Positions 1 to 8,811 of a DNA stretch of 64,000 nt are shown one piece after another. Position numbers and translations under genes: made by a program. Origin of the DNA: Candidatus Acetothermia bacterium (lineage in GTDB: Bacteria; Bipolaricaulota; Bipolaricaulia; Bipolaricaulales; Bipolaricaulaceae); assembly GCA_003562845.1 (NCBI GenBank), contig PWTL01000087.1:1216-65215 (forward strand). Direction: 5' to 3'. A model generated the notes under the pieces. It was given only the letters and a program-made list of their open reading frames with translations, was not told where the DNA came from and did not search any database. How positions within the stretch are numbered: the stretch's first letter is position 1; each line of letters opens with the position of its first letter.

Positions 1-12
1 GTATGATCTGCC

Positions 13-252
13 TTGGAGGTATTTGTGAAGCGCAAGATCGGTACTGCACTTGAAGAACAGCTACTGCGCGAGGCGAAACTGCTGGCTGCCCGGGAGGACA
101 GAACGTTAGCCGCAGTGTTTGAGGATGCCCTGCGTCAATACCTCGCCCGGCGCCAGGCAACAGGTAAGGTGCAGGCAACACGGGGGGCACTCCCGGCCAG
201 CGCCTCCACCGTCCGCCAGGTCCTGGAGGAGGACGACTTCATTGCCGGCTAG
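13..252 (+). CDS. Small antitoxin-like protein (VapB-type position) upstream of a PIN toxin
   Basis: 79-aa ORF (TTG at 13) ending at TAG 250-252, 10 nt before the GTG of a PIN-domain ORF. Size, charge and position fit a type II antitoxin. There is no motif-level proof, and the start is uncertain because the window begins at nt 1. Confidence 0.5.
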   Translation: MEVFVKRKIGTALEEQLLREAKLLAAREDRTLAAVFEDALRQYLARRQATGKVQATRGALPASASTVRQVLEEDDFIAG

Positions 253-262
253 GCTCACCTCT

Positions 263-739
263 GTGCCTGCCGGAACCGAGATCTTCATCGACGCCAACGT
301 CTTCGTGTACCACTTCACAGGGGTCTCGTCGCAGTGTTCGGAGTTCCTGGAGCGCTGCGAGCGCAGCGAGCTGATTGGGATAACGGGGGTGCACATCATA
401 TTGGAGGTGCTGCACAGGCTCATGCTCGTCGAGGCAGTAGCTGCAGGCAAGGTCATACCAGGGAACCTGGTGAAGAAACTGAGAGCCAAGCCTGACGTAG
501 TGTGCTCGTTGTCGTCCTATCAGCAACAGACTGAGGCGGTTCTCGACATGGGCGTTGAGGTTCTTCCGTTGGAGCACAGCCTGGTGAAGAAAAGCTGGCG
601 CTTCAGAAAACAACACGGCCTTCTGGTCAACGACTCGGTTACCGGGGCGATGGCGGAAGGACTGGGGTCGCTGGCCACAGCAGATCAGAATTTCGTCCGA
701 GTTCCTGATCTCACGATCTACAGCCCACGCGACATATAG
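263..739 (+). CDS. vapC: PIN-domain ribonuclease toxin (VapC family)
   Basis: In-frame GTG at 263 gives an N-terminus VPAGTEIFIDANVFVY, the PIN 'IDAN' acidic motif. Later acidic positions are in LVNDSVT and SLATADQNF. About 158 aa, immediately after the antitoxin-like ORF. Confidence 0.7.
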   Translation: MPAGTEIFIDANVFVYHFTGVSSQCSEFLERCERSELIGITGVHIILEVLHRLMLVEAVAAGKVIPGNLVKKLRAKPDVVCSLSSYQQQTEAVLDMGVEVLPLEHSLVKKSWRFRKQHGLLVNDSVTGAMAEGLGSLATADQNFVRVPDLTIYSPRDI

Positions 740-767
740 AGAAAGGCAACTCACTGACCTGGCTTGC

Positions 768-1619
768 TCAGTACATGGTGTCCATGTCGATGAGCCCGCG
801 CTCCTTGGCCCTCTGCTCGGCCAGGCGGAACACAAAGAAAGAGATCGCCCCCAGCCCAAAGGCTGCTCCCGCGAGCACCCCCAAGAGCTGTCCATCTGAG
901 AGCGTGCCCAGTACTTCGCTTGCGCCCTCCCCGAGCAGTGCCCGCCGCATGGCCTCCAGCCAGTAGGTGAACGGGACGCCCCGGGCGAGGAGTTGCAGGG
1001 GGCCGGGGAGCACGTCCACCGGGAACACCACCCCCGAGAGGAGATACAGCGCGCCGGCCACCGCCTCCCCCACGAAGAAGCTGTGCCGGGCCATGACGAG
1101 CGACACGCCGCCGAGGAAGATCCCCATGAACGCCATCACAGCCGCACCCAAGAGCAGCGCCACACATAGGAGAGGCCAGTTCACCGCTCCCGCAGGCACC
1201 TCTACTCCCAGCGCCAACACCCCTAGCATAAGGGTCAGCCCCACAGCCACCGTGCTGATCACCGCTTTGGCCACGCCCCGCCCCAGAAGGTACGTGAACA
1301 CATTCGTCGGCGCCGTGTACACGTACTTCAGCGTCTTGTAGTGCTCCCGGTCGTCGATCACCGCCCAGCTGACCCCGGTGAGGACGGCGCCCACGTAGAT
1401 GTAGAAAGCGTTCCCCACGTAGATGTGCGGGAACAAAGGGTTATCCAGGCCCCCGGTGGCCACCACCGCGTACATGACCATGAGGATCAACGCCCCGGCA
1501 AGAGGTTTGGCCAGGGAGTAGATGGCAAAGGCGAACGGATCGGTCCAGTTGGACTCGATCTGCCAGCCAAGCCAGGCCGCCGTGCGAAAGCTGCGCGAGG
1601 CTTCGGCTAACCGTGTCAT
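768..1619 (-). CDS. ABC-2 type exporter permease
   Basis: 283-aa polytopic hydrophobic protein. It overlaps the upstream permease ORF by 4 nt (1616-1619) and is the last gene of an ATPase-permease-permease operon. Confidence 0.75.
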   Translation of the reverse strand: MTRLAEASRSFRTAAWLGWQIESNWTDPFAFAIYSLAKPLAGALILMVMYAVVATGGLDNPLFPHIYVGNAFYIYVGAVLTGVSWAVIDDREHYKTLKYVYTAPTNVFTYLLGRGVAKAVISTVAVGLTLMLGVLALGVEVPAGAVNWPLLCVALLLGAAVMAFMGIFLGGVSLVMARHSFFVGEAVAGALYLLSGVVFPVDVLPGPLQLLARGVPFTYWLEAMRRALLGEGASEVLGTLSDGQLLGVLAGAAFGLGAISFFVFRLAEQRAKERGLIDMDTMY

Positions 1620-2440
1620 TGTCCCCTCACCGTAAGCCGTCCCTGCCGGCGGGCGACGCCCTCCATGTAGGCCAGGGCCCAGCGCGCCCCGCCCACGAAC
1701 AGAATGCTCAGCCCCCCGAGAATGGCTAGCTCATAATGCACTGGAAGGAACGCAAAGTCAGTCATCGCCGGAAAAAGGAGCTGGCGCATGGCATCGAGCC
1801 CCAGCGTCATCGGGATCAGCGACGCCCCGGCTGCAGCCCACGCGCCGAGCGACCGCACCGGAAAGTACAGCCCGGAAAGGAGATACACCGGCTCCTGCAA
1901 GAGGTTGGACATGTGCCACGCCTCCCTACCGAACAGAAGGTAGAGCGAACTAAGCAGCATTCCCATCCCATACAGGGCGACCAGCGTGAGCAAGAACACC
2001 CCTACCAGCGCGGGGGCGTCGGTGAGGGCGATCTCCACGCGAAAGAGGAGCGTCCCCAATATGAGCACCGCGGCAGCCCGCACCGTCGTCGCCACCATCC
2101 CTCCCAGGGCCATCCCCAGCAAAATCGCCATCCGCGAGGTGGGGGCGACCATGTAGATCTCCAGGTTCCCCGTCTCCTTCTCCCAGTACAGCTGGCTGGC
2201 CATGTTCCACAGCACGTTCATCCAGTAGGCGGTCATCGCCCCGCCCAGGACGACGAACCCGGTGAACTCCGGCGGCGCTTGCACCGCCCGGTAGATGAAG
2301 ACAAACGCGCTCACCTGAAGGAGCGGGAGCAGCACGTCGAACACTAGCCAGCTCTTCTCCCGCTGTAGCCCCACCATGCGCGGGTAGGCACGGCCGATTA
2401 CCGTACGCAGGAACAACGCCCCCTCACGCCTCAGCCTCAT
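1616..2440 (-). CDS. ABC-2 type exporter permease
   Basis: 274-aa polytopic membrane protein. Its ATG (2440-2438) overlaps the TGA (2437-2439) of the ABC ATPase. Confidence 0.75.
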   Translation of the reverse strand: MRLRREGALFLRTVIGRAYPRMVGLQREKSWLVFDVLLPLLQVSAFVFIYRAVQAPPEFTGFVVLGGAMTAYWMNVLWNMASQLYWEKETGNLEIYMVAPTSRMAILLGMALGGMVATTVRAAAVLILGTLLFRVEIALTDAPALVGVFLLTLVALYGMGMLLSSLYLLFGREAWHMSNLLQEPVYLLSGLYFPVRSLGAWAAAGASLIPMTLGLDAMRQLLFPAMTDFAFLPVHYELAILGGLSILFVGGARWALAYMEGVARRQGRLTVRGQ

Positions 2441-3465
2441 CGCCCCTCCCCGCTCAGGCCACGGCCCACCAGGGCTATGAACACGTCCTCCAACGTGGGT
2501 TCACGCTTCTGTAGTCCAACTATCTCCCCTCCGCTCTCTCCGACCATCCCCAACGCCCGCTGGATCGCGTTGTCGCGCTCCAAGATCAGGTCGACCTCGA
2601 GGTGCCCGTCGACCTCGGACAAGGTGAGCGCCCCGAGTTCCCGCAGCCTCTCAGCCAACCCCTGAGGGTCCTCTACGCCGACAAGCTGCAGCCTTACAGC
2701 CGAAGAGCCCTGCAGCTTCCTTTTCAGAGCAGCAGGGCGGTCACAGGCGAGGATCGTGCCCTGGTCGATGATCGCCACTCGCCCACAGAGCTCGTCCGCC
2801 TCTTGCATATAGTGCGTGGTGAGGAGGATCGTCCGCTCTCGCTGCTCCTCCATCCACCGACGCACAAAATCACGCAGAAGGCGCGACGTCTGCACGTCCA
2901 GGCCCAACGTGGGCTCGTCGAGGAACAGAATCTCCGGGTCGGTGAGGAACCCGCGTGCGAAGTTCATCTTCTGCCGCATCCCGGTGGACAGGTGGTAGAT
3001 CTTCGTCTTCGCCCGGTCAGCCAAGCCCACTATGTCCAGCAAATATGCGATACGGCGCTTGCCCTCGCGGCTGGAGAGGCCATAGAACTGTGTGAACATC
3101 CATAGGTTCTCTTCTACTGTGAGAAGCCCGTACCCGCTCGTCTCCCCGCCGGAGACCACGCCGATGTGTCTCCTCACCTCGGCCGGGTTCTCGCAGACGT
3201 CTACCCCGGCCACCCTGGCCCGCCCCGAGGTCGGCGAGAGCAAGGTGTTCAGCACCTTTATCAGGGTGGTCTTCCCCGCCCCGTTTGGGCCCAGGACGCC
3301 GAACAGCTCTCCAGCGGGCACCTCCAGGTCGACCCCGGATAGCGCCACCACCTCCTTGCGCGCGGGCTCCCCACGGGGGGTCTTCCCTTCCCTTCTTTTG
3401 AGGCGGAACACGCGCCCAAGGTTCTCCGTTTTGACTGCAAGCGACATACTCATAACGACCCCCAC
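2437..3465 (-). CDS. ABC transporter ATP-binding protein (ABC-2/DrrA-like exporter ATPase)
   Basis: Walker A GPNGAGKTT, ABC signature LSTGMRQK, Walker B ILFLDEPTLGLD. GTG start at 3465, translationally coupled to two permeases. Confidence 0.9.
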   Translation of the reverse strand: MGVVMSMSLAVKTENLGRVFRLKRREGKTPRGEPARKEVVALSGVDLEVPAGELFGVLGPNGAGKTTLIKVLNTLLSPTSGRARVAGVDVCENPAEVRRHIGVVSGGETSGYGLLTVEENLWMFTQFYGLSSREGKRRIAYLLDIVGLADRAKTKIYHLSTGMRQKMNFARGFLTDPEILFLDEPTLGLDVQTSRLLRDFVRRWMEEQRERTILLTTHYMQEADELCGRVAIIDQGTILACDRPAALKRKLQGSSAVRLQLVGVEDPQGLAERLRELGALTLSEVDGHLEVDLILERDNAIQRALGMVGESGGEIVGLQKREPTLEDVFIALVGRGLSGEGR

Positions 3466-3518
3466 GGAACACGTCGACTAAGGAAAAGAGCAGGCCCGAA
3501 GACTCTGAGGACGGTACT

Positions 3519-3896
3519 TTACCCCGTGCCCTGCGCCCAGCGCAAGACCTCCCGAGCCAAGTACAGCGCTTCGTCGGCCTCTCCTTCTCCAGGGCGATCC
3601 TTGTCCGAGGGGACGGCATCAGGGTAGCGCGTGGTGAGGTAGAACGCGTCCAGCGCCGACAGGCGCCGCGCAAGACCACGCGGCAGCTTCTCCTTGGCCG
3701 CCAAACGCGCCAGGTCGACAATACTGTGCGTGCGCGGCACTTGCTTCCCCTGCCCCTTCAGGTACCCCTTGAGGACCTTCTCTGCTACCTGTTGGGCGTG
3801 AAAACAGGCCTGGGCGTGGAGGCCGTTCTCGCGGGCCAGCTCGGCCATGCGCAGGTCTTCCTTGGCAAAGCGCAACCACCGGTCAGCCGCGCTCAT
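3519..3896 (-). CDS. HEPN-domain protein (toxin partner of the MNT nucleotidyltransferase)
   Basis: Internal ATG at 3896 gives the 125-aa protein MSAADRWLRFAKEDL...AFYLTTRYPDAVP...EADEALYLAREVL, with a HEPN-like N-terminal helix and a YxxxRYPD block. It overlaps the stop of the upstream MNT gene by 14 nt. The longer ORF-track start (4076) would run through the MNT gene. Confidence 0.7.
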   Translation of the reverse strand: MSAADRWLRFAKEDLRMAELARENGLHAQACFHAQQVAEKVLKGYLKGQGKQVPRTHSIVDLARLAAKEKLPRGLARRLSALDAFYLTTRYPDAVPSDKDRPGEGEADEALYLAREVLRWAQGTG

Positions 3897-4239
3897 AGAG
3901 CACCTTCCCCTTGGCCAGTATCTCGTCGCGGAAGAAAGGCCGCGTCTCCGTAAGCTCAGTGAACTCCTCCGGGGTGTACACAAGCACGTCCAGAGCCACT
4001 TGCGGATCAAAGTCCTGAAGCAGCCTGCGCGTCCGCTGGATGAACGGGAGGTCCGTCGGCTGGATGACAACAACATCCAGGTCCGCCCACTCGTCCTTTC
4101 TCCCCTGGGCGAACGAGCCGAACAGGATCACTCTCTCCGGGGGTTCCTCCTGGGCCAGCAGAAACTCCAGCAGCCTCTCGAGCTCGCAGGAAAGGAGCTC
4201 TTCGCGTGCCTCCTCCGGGGAACACCCTTTGCCCACCAT
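3883..4239 (-). CDS. Minimal nucleotidyltransferase (MNT antitoxin-type, Pol-beta superfamily)
   Basis: 118 aa with VILFGSFAQGRKDEWADLDVVV (GS...DxD nucleotidyltransferase motif), immediately upstream of and overlapping the HEPN gene. Confidence 0.75.
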   Translation of the reverse strand: MVGKGCSPEEAREELLSCELERLLEFLLAQEEPPERVILFGSFAQGRKDEWADLDVVVIQPTDLPFIQRTRRLLQDFDPQVALDVLVYTPEEFTELTETRPFFRDEILAKGKVLYERG

Positions 4240-4380
4240 GTGCCATTCTACTCCTCGCGGGGCGAACTCTTCAGCATTGGCTCCTCCAGTCGAGTCGGAG
4301 GCCTCCTAAGACGAGGGAGCGGGGGATTGTCTCCCCCGCTCCCGTGCGCACTTGTTCAGCCGAATCTTCAGTTCAGCCTG

Positions 4381-4644
4381 TTAGGCCCCGTGTCGCAGCT
4401 GGCGGCCCCCTCCTGCGCCGTGGGGACCGGCACCGCCGGCCTCCATCCGCTCGGCTCTAAGCTGCTGTCGAAGCGCCTGCATCGTCTGCAGCTGTTGGTG
4501 CTCGCCTTCCATGAGACAGCTTTCGTCACCGTCGCAGGCACAGACCCGTTCCCGGTTCCCCAGCCGCTCCGTGGCGGCCAACGCTCCGAACGCCACCAGT
4601 CCAACAAGCAGCAGTACAAGACCGACTCTCTTCGCCTTTCTCAT
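4381..4644 (-). CDS. Small hypothetical secreted or membrane-anchored protein
   Basis: 87 aa. A strong AGGAGG lies 5-6 nt upstream of the ATG (reverse complement of 4645-4660). N-terminus MRKAKRVGLVLLLVGLVAFGALA is signal-peptide-like, followed by a CACDGDESC patch. No recognisable family. Confidence 0.45.
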   Translation of the reverse strand: MRKAKRVGLVLLLVGLVAFGALAATERLGNRERVCACDGDESCLMEGEHQQLQTMQALRQQLRAERMEAGGAGPHGAGGGRQLRHGA

Positions 4645-4744
4645 CTCTACCTCCTTTCTTTGGTGTTCTTCCGCGTGTCTGCACTCTCTTAGTGCCCGGG
4701 CAGGCTAGCAGATGCGTATGAAATCGAGATGAAGGGCTGCCTAC

Positions 4745-5341
4745 TCAGGCCCGGGAGCGCGCGAGGAGACAAAAGAGGCGGTCGGCGGGGGTGGCCGGCC
4801 GCAGAGTGAAGTTCGCCAGGCAGCGGATCTCGCCGAATCCCTCCTCGGCGAGTAAGGAGGTCGCCTCGCTCAGGGAGTAGGAACGGGTTCCGGGCGAACG
4901 GCGATGGTACTCGGTGTGAGTCACCCTCCCGTCTTGCAGAACGTCGTAGCGGCTCTCGGTATGTTCCAGCTGCAGCTTCGGGTCGTAGCCTCCCCTGGTC
5001 CAGCGACGCACGACTGTGCCATCGGGGCGCGCCGCTTCCGCGTCCAGAGACCATTCCTCGGAGTGGAGTTCCTTGTCCAGGTCCATGATGGACATAGCTA
5101 TCGTCCCCCCCGGAACAAGATGACGGTGAAAGCGCTGCACCGCCTCGCGGGCGGCCCGCGCGTCAGTGATGAGCTGGCGGTACTCGAGGAGCAGCCGCCC
5201 CGTGCCGCACCCGGCGTCCAACACAGGCTGGCCGGTACGGCGTATCACCCATCGAAAGAAGGCTCGATCAGGCCACTCGGATGTGTCACCGCGTAGGAGA
5301 TCCCAAGATTCGGCCATCAAACCGCGGTATTCGTAGTCCAT
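4745..5341 (-). CDS. Class I SAM-dependent methyltransferase, apparently internally deleted
   Basis: Motif I VLDAGCGTGRLLLEY is followed directly by RQLITDARAAREAVQRFHRHLVPGGTIAM, a region that normally follows beta4. The segment expected to carry motif II and beta2-beta4 is missing. The ORF remains open (198 aa). Confidence 0.6.
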   Translation of the reverse strand: MDYEYRGLMAESWDLLRGDTSEWPDRAFFRWVIRRTGQPVLDAGCGTGRLLLEYRQLITDARAAREAVQRFHRHLVPGGTIAMSIMDLDKELHSEEWSLDAEAARPDGTVVRRWTRGGYDPKLQLEHTESRYDVLQDGRVTHTEYHRRSPGTRSYSLSEATSLLAEEGFGEIRCLANFTLRPATPADRLFCLLARSRA

Positions 5342-5353
5342 CGTTCAGTGGGG

Positions 5354-6352
5354 TCAGAGCTGTGACCCCCTCTTGTGCATCCACCGCCAGGCGCTGTCCA
5401 CGATCGGCTCCAGTTCTGTGAACTCCGGCTCCCAGCCCAGTTCGGCTCTGGCGCGGGTCGGGTCGGCGACCAACGCCGGAGGGTCCCCAGGCCGCCGTGC
5501 GCCCTCCGCCAGAGGGATGTCCACCCCCGTCACCCGCCGGCAGGCCTCTATCACCTGCCGTACCGTGTACCCGCGGCCGATTCCCAAGTTGTACACTGGC
5601 GCCGCGTAGCCGTCCTCCACCGCCTGCACAGCGGCAACGTGCGCCCGCGCCAAGTCGTCGACGTGGATGTAGTCCCGGACGCCCGTGCCGTCCTCCGTGG
5701 GGTAATCCGTCCCGTAGATTTCGATGTGCGGCCGGAGCCCCGCAGCGGCCTCCAGGACGAGCGGAATGAGATGGCTCTCCGGCTCGTGCCATTCCCCGAT
5801 CTCCCCTTCCACGTCCGAGCCGGCGGCGTTGAAGTAGCGCAAAGAAACGTGCCGCAGGGCATACGGCGCGCCGCAGTCGGAAAGCACTTGTTCGAACATC
5901 AGTTTGGAGCGACCGTACGGGTTCACCGGAGCGGTGGGGTGTTCTTCCCCGATGGGTATACGCTCCGGTTCTCCGTACACCGCGGCGCTGGAGGAGAAGA
6001 TGATCGTCCGCACATCACTCTCCAACATGGCCCGCAGTAGGTTCAGACTGCCCACGAGGTTGTTCCGATAGTACTTCTCCGGGTTCTCCACCGACTCCCC
6101 CACGGCAGTGTGCGCTGCAAAGTGGATTACCGCGCCGATCCGGTAGCGGGCGAACGCCCGCTGCACCGAAGAGAGGTCGGTAAGATCGGCCTGCACGAAC
6201 TCCTCGCACAGCACCATCTCCTTGTGGCCGGCGGACAGGTTGTCCAACGCCACCACCGAGCGCCCCTGTCGGAGAAGCTGCTTGATGGTGTGGCTGCCAA
6301 TGTAGCCGGCACCACCGGTGACCAGGATGTGCTCGTCACGCTTGCTGTCCAT
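5354..6352 (-). CDS. galE: UDP-glucose 4-epimerase
   Basis: Rossmann motif VTGGAGYIGSH and catalytic PYGRSK (YxxxK); about 332 aa. ATG at 6352 is preceded by GGAAGGAAGG. The longer start at 6418 would overlap the upstream gene. Confidence 0.85.
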   Translation of the reverse strand: MDSKRDEHILVTGGAGYIGSHTIKQLLRQGRSVVALDNLSAGHKEMVLCEEFVQADLTDLSSVQRAFARYRIGAVIHFAAHTAVGESVENPEKYYRNNLVGSLNLLRAMLESDVRTIIFSSSAAVYGEPERIPIGEEHPTAPVNPYGRSKLMFEQVLSDCGAPYALRHVSLRYFNAAGSDVEGEIGEWHEPESHLIPLVLEAAAGLRPHIEIYGTDYPTEDGTGVRDYIHVDDLARAHVAAVQAVEDGYAAPVYNLGIGRGYTVRQVIEACRRVTGVDIPLAEGARRPGDPPALVADPTRARAELGWEPEFTELEPIVDSAWRWMHKRGSQL

Positions 6353-6386
6353 CGTTCTCGCGCCTTCCTTCCCCGACCTCTCGCCT

Positions 6387-7448
6387 TCAGTCGAGGCAGA
6401 CCTGGGAGTCGTCTCCAAGGAGGAGAGAAAGCTTTCCCTGCGGTACTTTCGCCGAAGCCTTCGCTCGCCGGCCGAGGATGGAATGGGAGAGGTCGCCGAG
6501 CCCCTCCACTTGCGCCTCCTCCATAAGGATGCTCTTCCACACAGCGCAGCTCAATACGCAGGAGTTCGCTCCCAGAGAAACGTACGGCCCCAGACGGCTG
6601 TGTTCGGCGCGTGCCCCTTCTCCTACCACTACCGGGCCCTGTACTGTGCACCTCTCCAGGCGGGCCCCCTCGCCGATCAGGACCTCCCCGGTGAGCTCGC
6701 AGTCCATCGCCTTCCCGCGGCTCTCTCCCTGCAGGTCATCCAGCACGCACTGGTTTGCCTCCAGCAGGTGCTCGGGGTTCCCCGCGTCTTTCCACCATCC
6801 TCTCAGCCGATGGGGCAGGACCGGCCGGCCGCCATCGATCAACACTTGAATGGCGTCAGTTATCTCCAACTCTCCACGGGGCGAAGTCCGGACCTCCCTG
6901 CACGCGTCCACGATCTCCGGCCCGAACACGTAGGCACCGACCACAGCAAGGCTAGATGGCGGCCGGGCGGGTTTCTCCAGAAGACGGACGACCTTTCCGC
7001 TTGCGTCCAGTTCGGCCACGCCGTAGTCGGAAGGGTTGGGAACATCCTTGAGAGCGATTACCGCTCCCTTCCCCTCCCGTAAGTACTCCCGCACCATATC
7101 CCCGAGGGGGTCCTGGAGCAGATTGTCCCCGAGAAACAGGAAAAACGGTTCCTCAGCCAGGAACTCTTCAGCGCAGAGGACAGCGTGAGCCAACCCCCGC
7201 GGCTCCGGCTGGAAGATATAGTGTAGGTGCAACCCGAAGCGGGACCCGTCCGCCAGATGCTCCCGCAACGGTCGGTCGGTCTCCACGCCAACTACTACGC
7301 CCATTTCCCTAATCCCGGCAGCAGCCAATGCTTCGATACCGTAGTCGATGATGGCCTTGCCCCCCACCGGAAGGAGGTGCTTGGGCTGCGAGTGTGTAAA
7401 CGGGCGCAGCCTGGTGCCCGATCCGCCCGCCAGTACTAGTCCCTTCAT
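6387..7448 (-). CDS. Glucose-1-phosphate thymidylyltransferase-like sugar nucleotidyltransferase (long form with C-terminal beta-helix-like region)
   Basis: ATG at 7448 gives MKGLVLAGGSGTRLRPFTHSQPKHLLPV, the G1P nucleotidyltransferase signature. 353 aa with a repeat-like C-terminal third. Confidence 0.8.
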   Translation of the reverse strand: MKGLVLAGGSGTRLRPFTHSQPKHLLPVGGKAIIDYGIEALAAAGIREMGVVVGVETDRPLREHLADGSRFGLHLHYIFQPEPRGLAHAVLCAEEFLAEEPFFLFLGDNLLQDPLGDMVREYLREGKGAVIALKDVPNPSDYGVAELDASGKVVRLLEKPARPPSSLAVVGAYVFGPEIVDACREVRTSPRGELEITDAIQVLIDGGRPVLPHRLRGWWKDAGNPEHLLEANQCVLDDLQGESRGKAMDCELTGEVLIGEGARLERCTVQGPVVVGEGARAEHSRLGPYVSLGANSCVLSCAVWKSILMEEAQVEGLGDLSHSILGRRAKASAKVPQGKLSLLLGDDSQVCLD

Positions 7449-7564
7449 CGCCGGCAGTGTACGTGGAGAGGGATGGCTTTTCCAAACTAGAAGCTCACGC
7501 TTGCGGGGTGTGGCAGGTGGATCTACCATGGCAGCTAGAGTGCATCTGCTCCCAGGAGGTGGGA

Positions 7565-8764
7565 TTGACAACCAAACTGATCACAGCAGAGTCGGTGACG
7601 GAAGGGCATCCGGACAAACTGGCGGATCGCATCTCGGACGCTGTTCTGGACGGTGTGCTGGCGCAAGACCCGGAGGGACGCGTGGCCTGCGAGACGTTCG
7701 TCATGCAGGGGCTGGTCATCGTCGGCGGTGAGGTGTCCACCTCGGCGCACTTCCAGCCCGAGATGATCGCCCGCCAGGCGATAGAGGACGTCGGGTATAC
7801 GGATCCCGCTTTCGGTCTCTCTCACGAAAGGTGCGCTGTGGCTACGCTTCTCAGGCAGCAGTCCCCGGACATCGCCCAGGCGGTGCACCGCGCCGGAGAG
7901 GCGCGTGCCGGCTCTCAGGACCTGTACGATCTGCTGGGTGCTGGAGACCAGGGCATCATGTTCGGCTATGCCACGTCGGAGACCCCGGAGTACATGCCTC
8001 TGCCCATAGTGATGGCCCACAAGCTGGCCAAGCAACTGTCCCAGGTGCGCAAAGAGGGATCCCTTCCCTACCTTCGCCCCGACGGCAAGTCCCAGGTCAC
8101 AGTGGAGTACGAGGACAAGAAGGCCGTTCGGGCGCACACCGTGCTGTTGGCCGCACAGCACAGCGCAGACGTGGACACGGACACTTTGCGCCGCGACCTC
8201 AGGCGTCTGGTGGTCGAGCCTGTGCTGGACGGATGGTTGGATGAGAACACAGAGGTGCTCATCAACACATCGGGACGGTTTGTGGTAGGCGGACCCGCCT
8301 CCGACACCGGAATGACTGGCCGCAAGATAATCGTGGACACCTACGGAGGGTACGGCTCGCACGGAGGGGGCGCCTTTTCCGGGAAGGACCCGACCAAGGT
8401 CGATCGGTCAGCCTCGTACATGGCACGCCACGTGGCAGTCAACGTAGTGGCCGCCGGACTGGCCGAGGAGTGCGCCGTACAGGTCGCCTATGCCATCGGC
8501 CGCTCCCATCCCCTCGCAGTGAACGTGGACTTGTTTGGAACCGGTACGGTGACCAACGAGTTAGTGCGCAAGGCCATACTGCAGGCTTTTGACTTCCGCC
8601 CCGCGGCCATCCTCGATCACCTGCAGCTTCGTGGACCACTATACACGCCGTTTTCCTGCTATGGGCACTTCGGCCGTGTGGACCTTTCCCCAACATGGGA
8701 GAGTCGAGATTACGCGTCTACCTTGGAGAGGACACTGGCCTCGGTGTCGAAGATAGCTACCTGA
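7565..8764 (+). CDS. metK: S-adenosylmethionine synthetase
   Basis: Motifs ESVTEGHPDKLADRISDAVLD, GAGDQGIMFGYA and GGGAFSGKDPTKVDRSA. TTG at 7565 lies 5 nt after AGGAGG (7554-7559). The start is uncertain: the ORF-track start is 7457 and GTG 7559 is also in frame. Confidence 0.9.
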   Translation: MTTKLITAESVTEGHPDKLADRISDAVLDGVLAQDPEGRVACETFVMQGLVIVGGEVSTSAHFQPEMIARQAIEDVGYTDPAFGLSHERCAVATLLRQQSPDIAQAVHRAGEARAGSQDLYDLLGAGDQGIMFGYATSETPEYMPLPIVMAHKLAKQLSQVRKEGSLPYLRPDGKSQVTVEYEDKKAVRAHTVLLAAQHSADVDTDTLRRDLRRLVVEPVLDGWLDENTEVLINTSGRFVVGGPASDTGMTGRKIIVDTYGGYGSHGGGAFSGKDPTKVDRSASYMARHVAVNVVAAGLAEECAVQVAYAIGRSHPLAVNVDLFGTGTVTNELVRKAILQAFDFRPAAILDHLQLRGPLYTPFSCYGHFGRVDLSPTWESRDYASTLERTLASVSKIAT

Positions 8765-8811
8765 ACAAGTCACACCTGAACAGGGCACAACTACTACCGT
8801 CCTCGGCCCGG

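Noticed and set aside
7449-7564. Possible SAM riboswitch in the 116-nt leader upstream of metK.
   Set aside because: Apart from a GGAGAGGGAUGGC stretch, I could not recognise the conserved cores of SAM-I, II, III, IV or VI. The region is also the divergent promoter for the gene at 7448. An Infernal/Rfam scan is needed, so no call is made.
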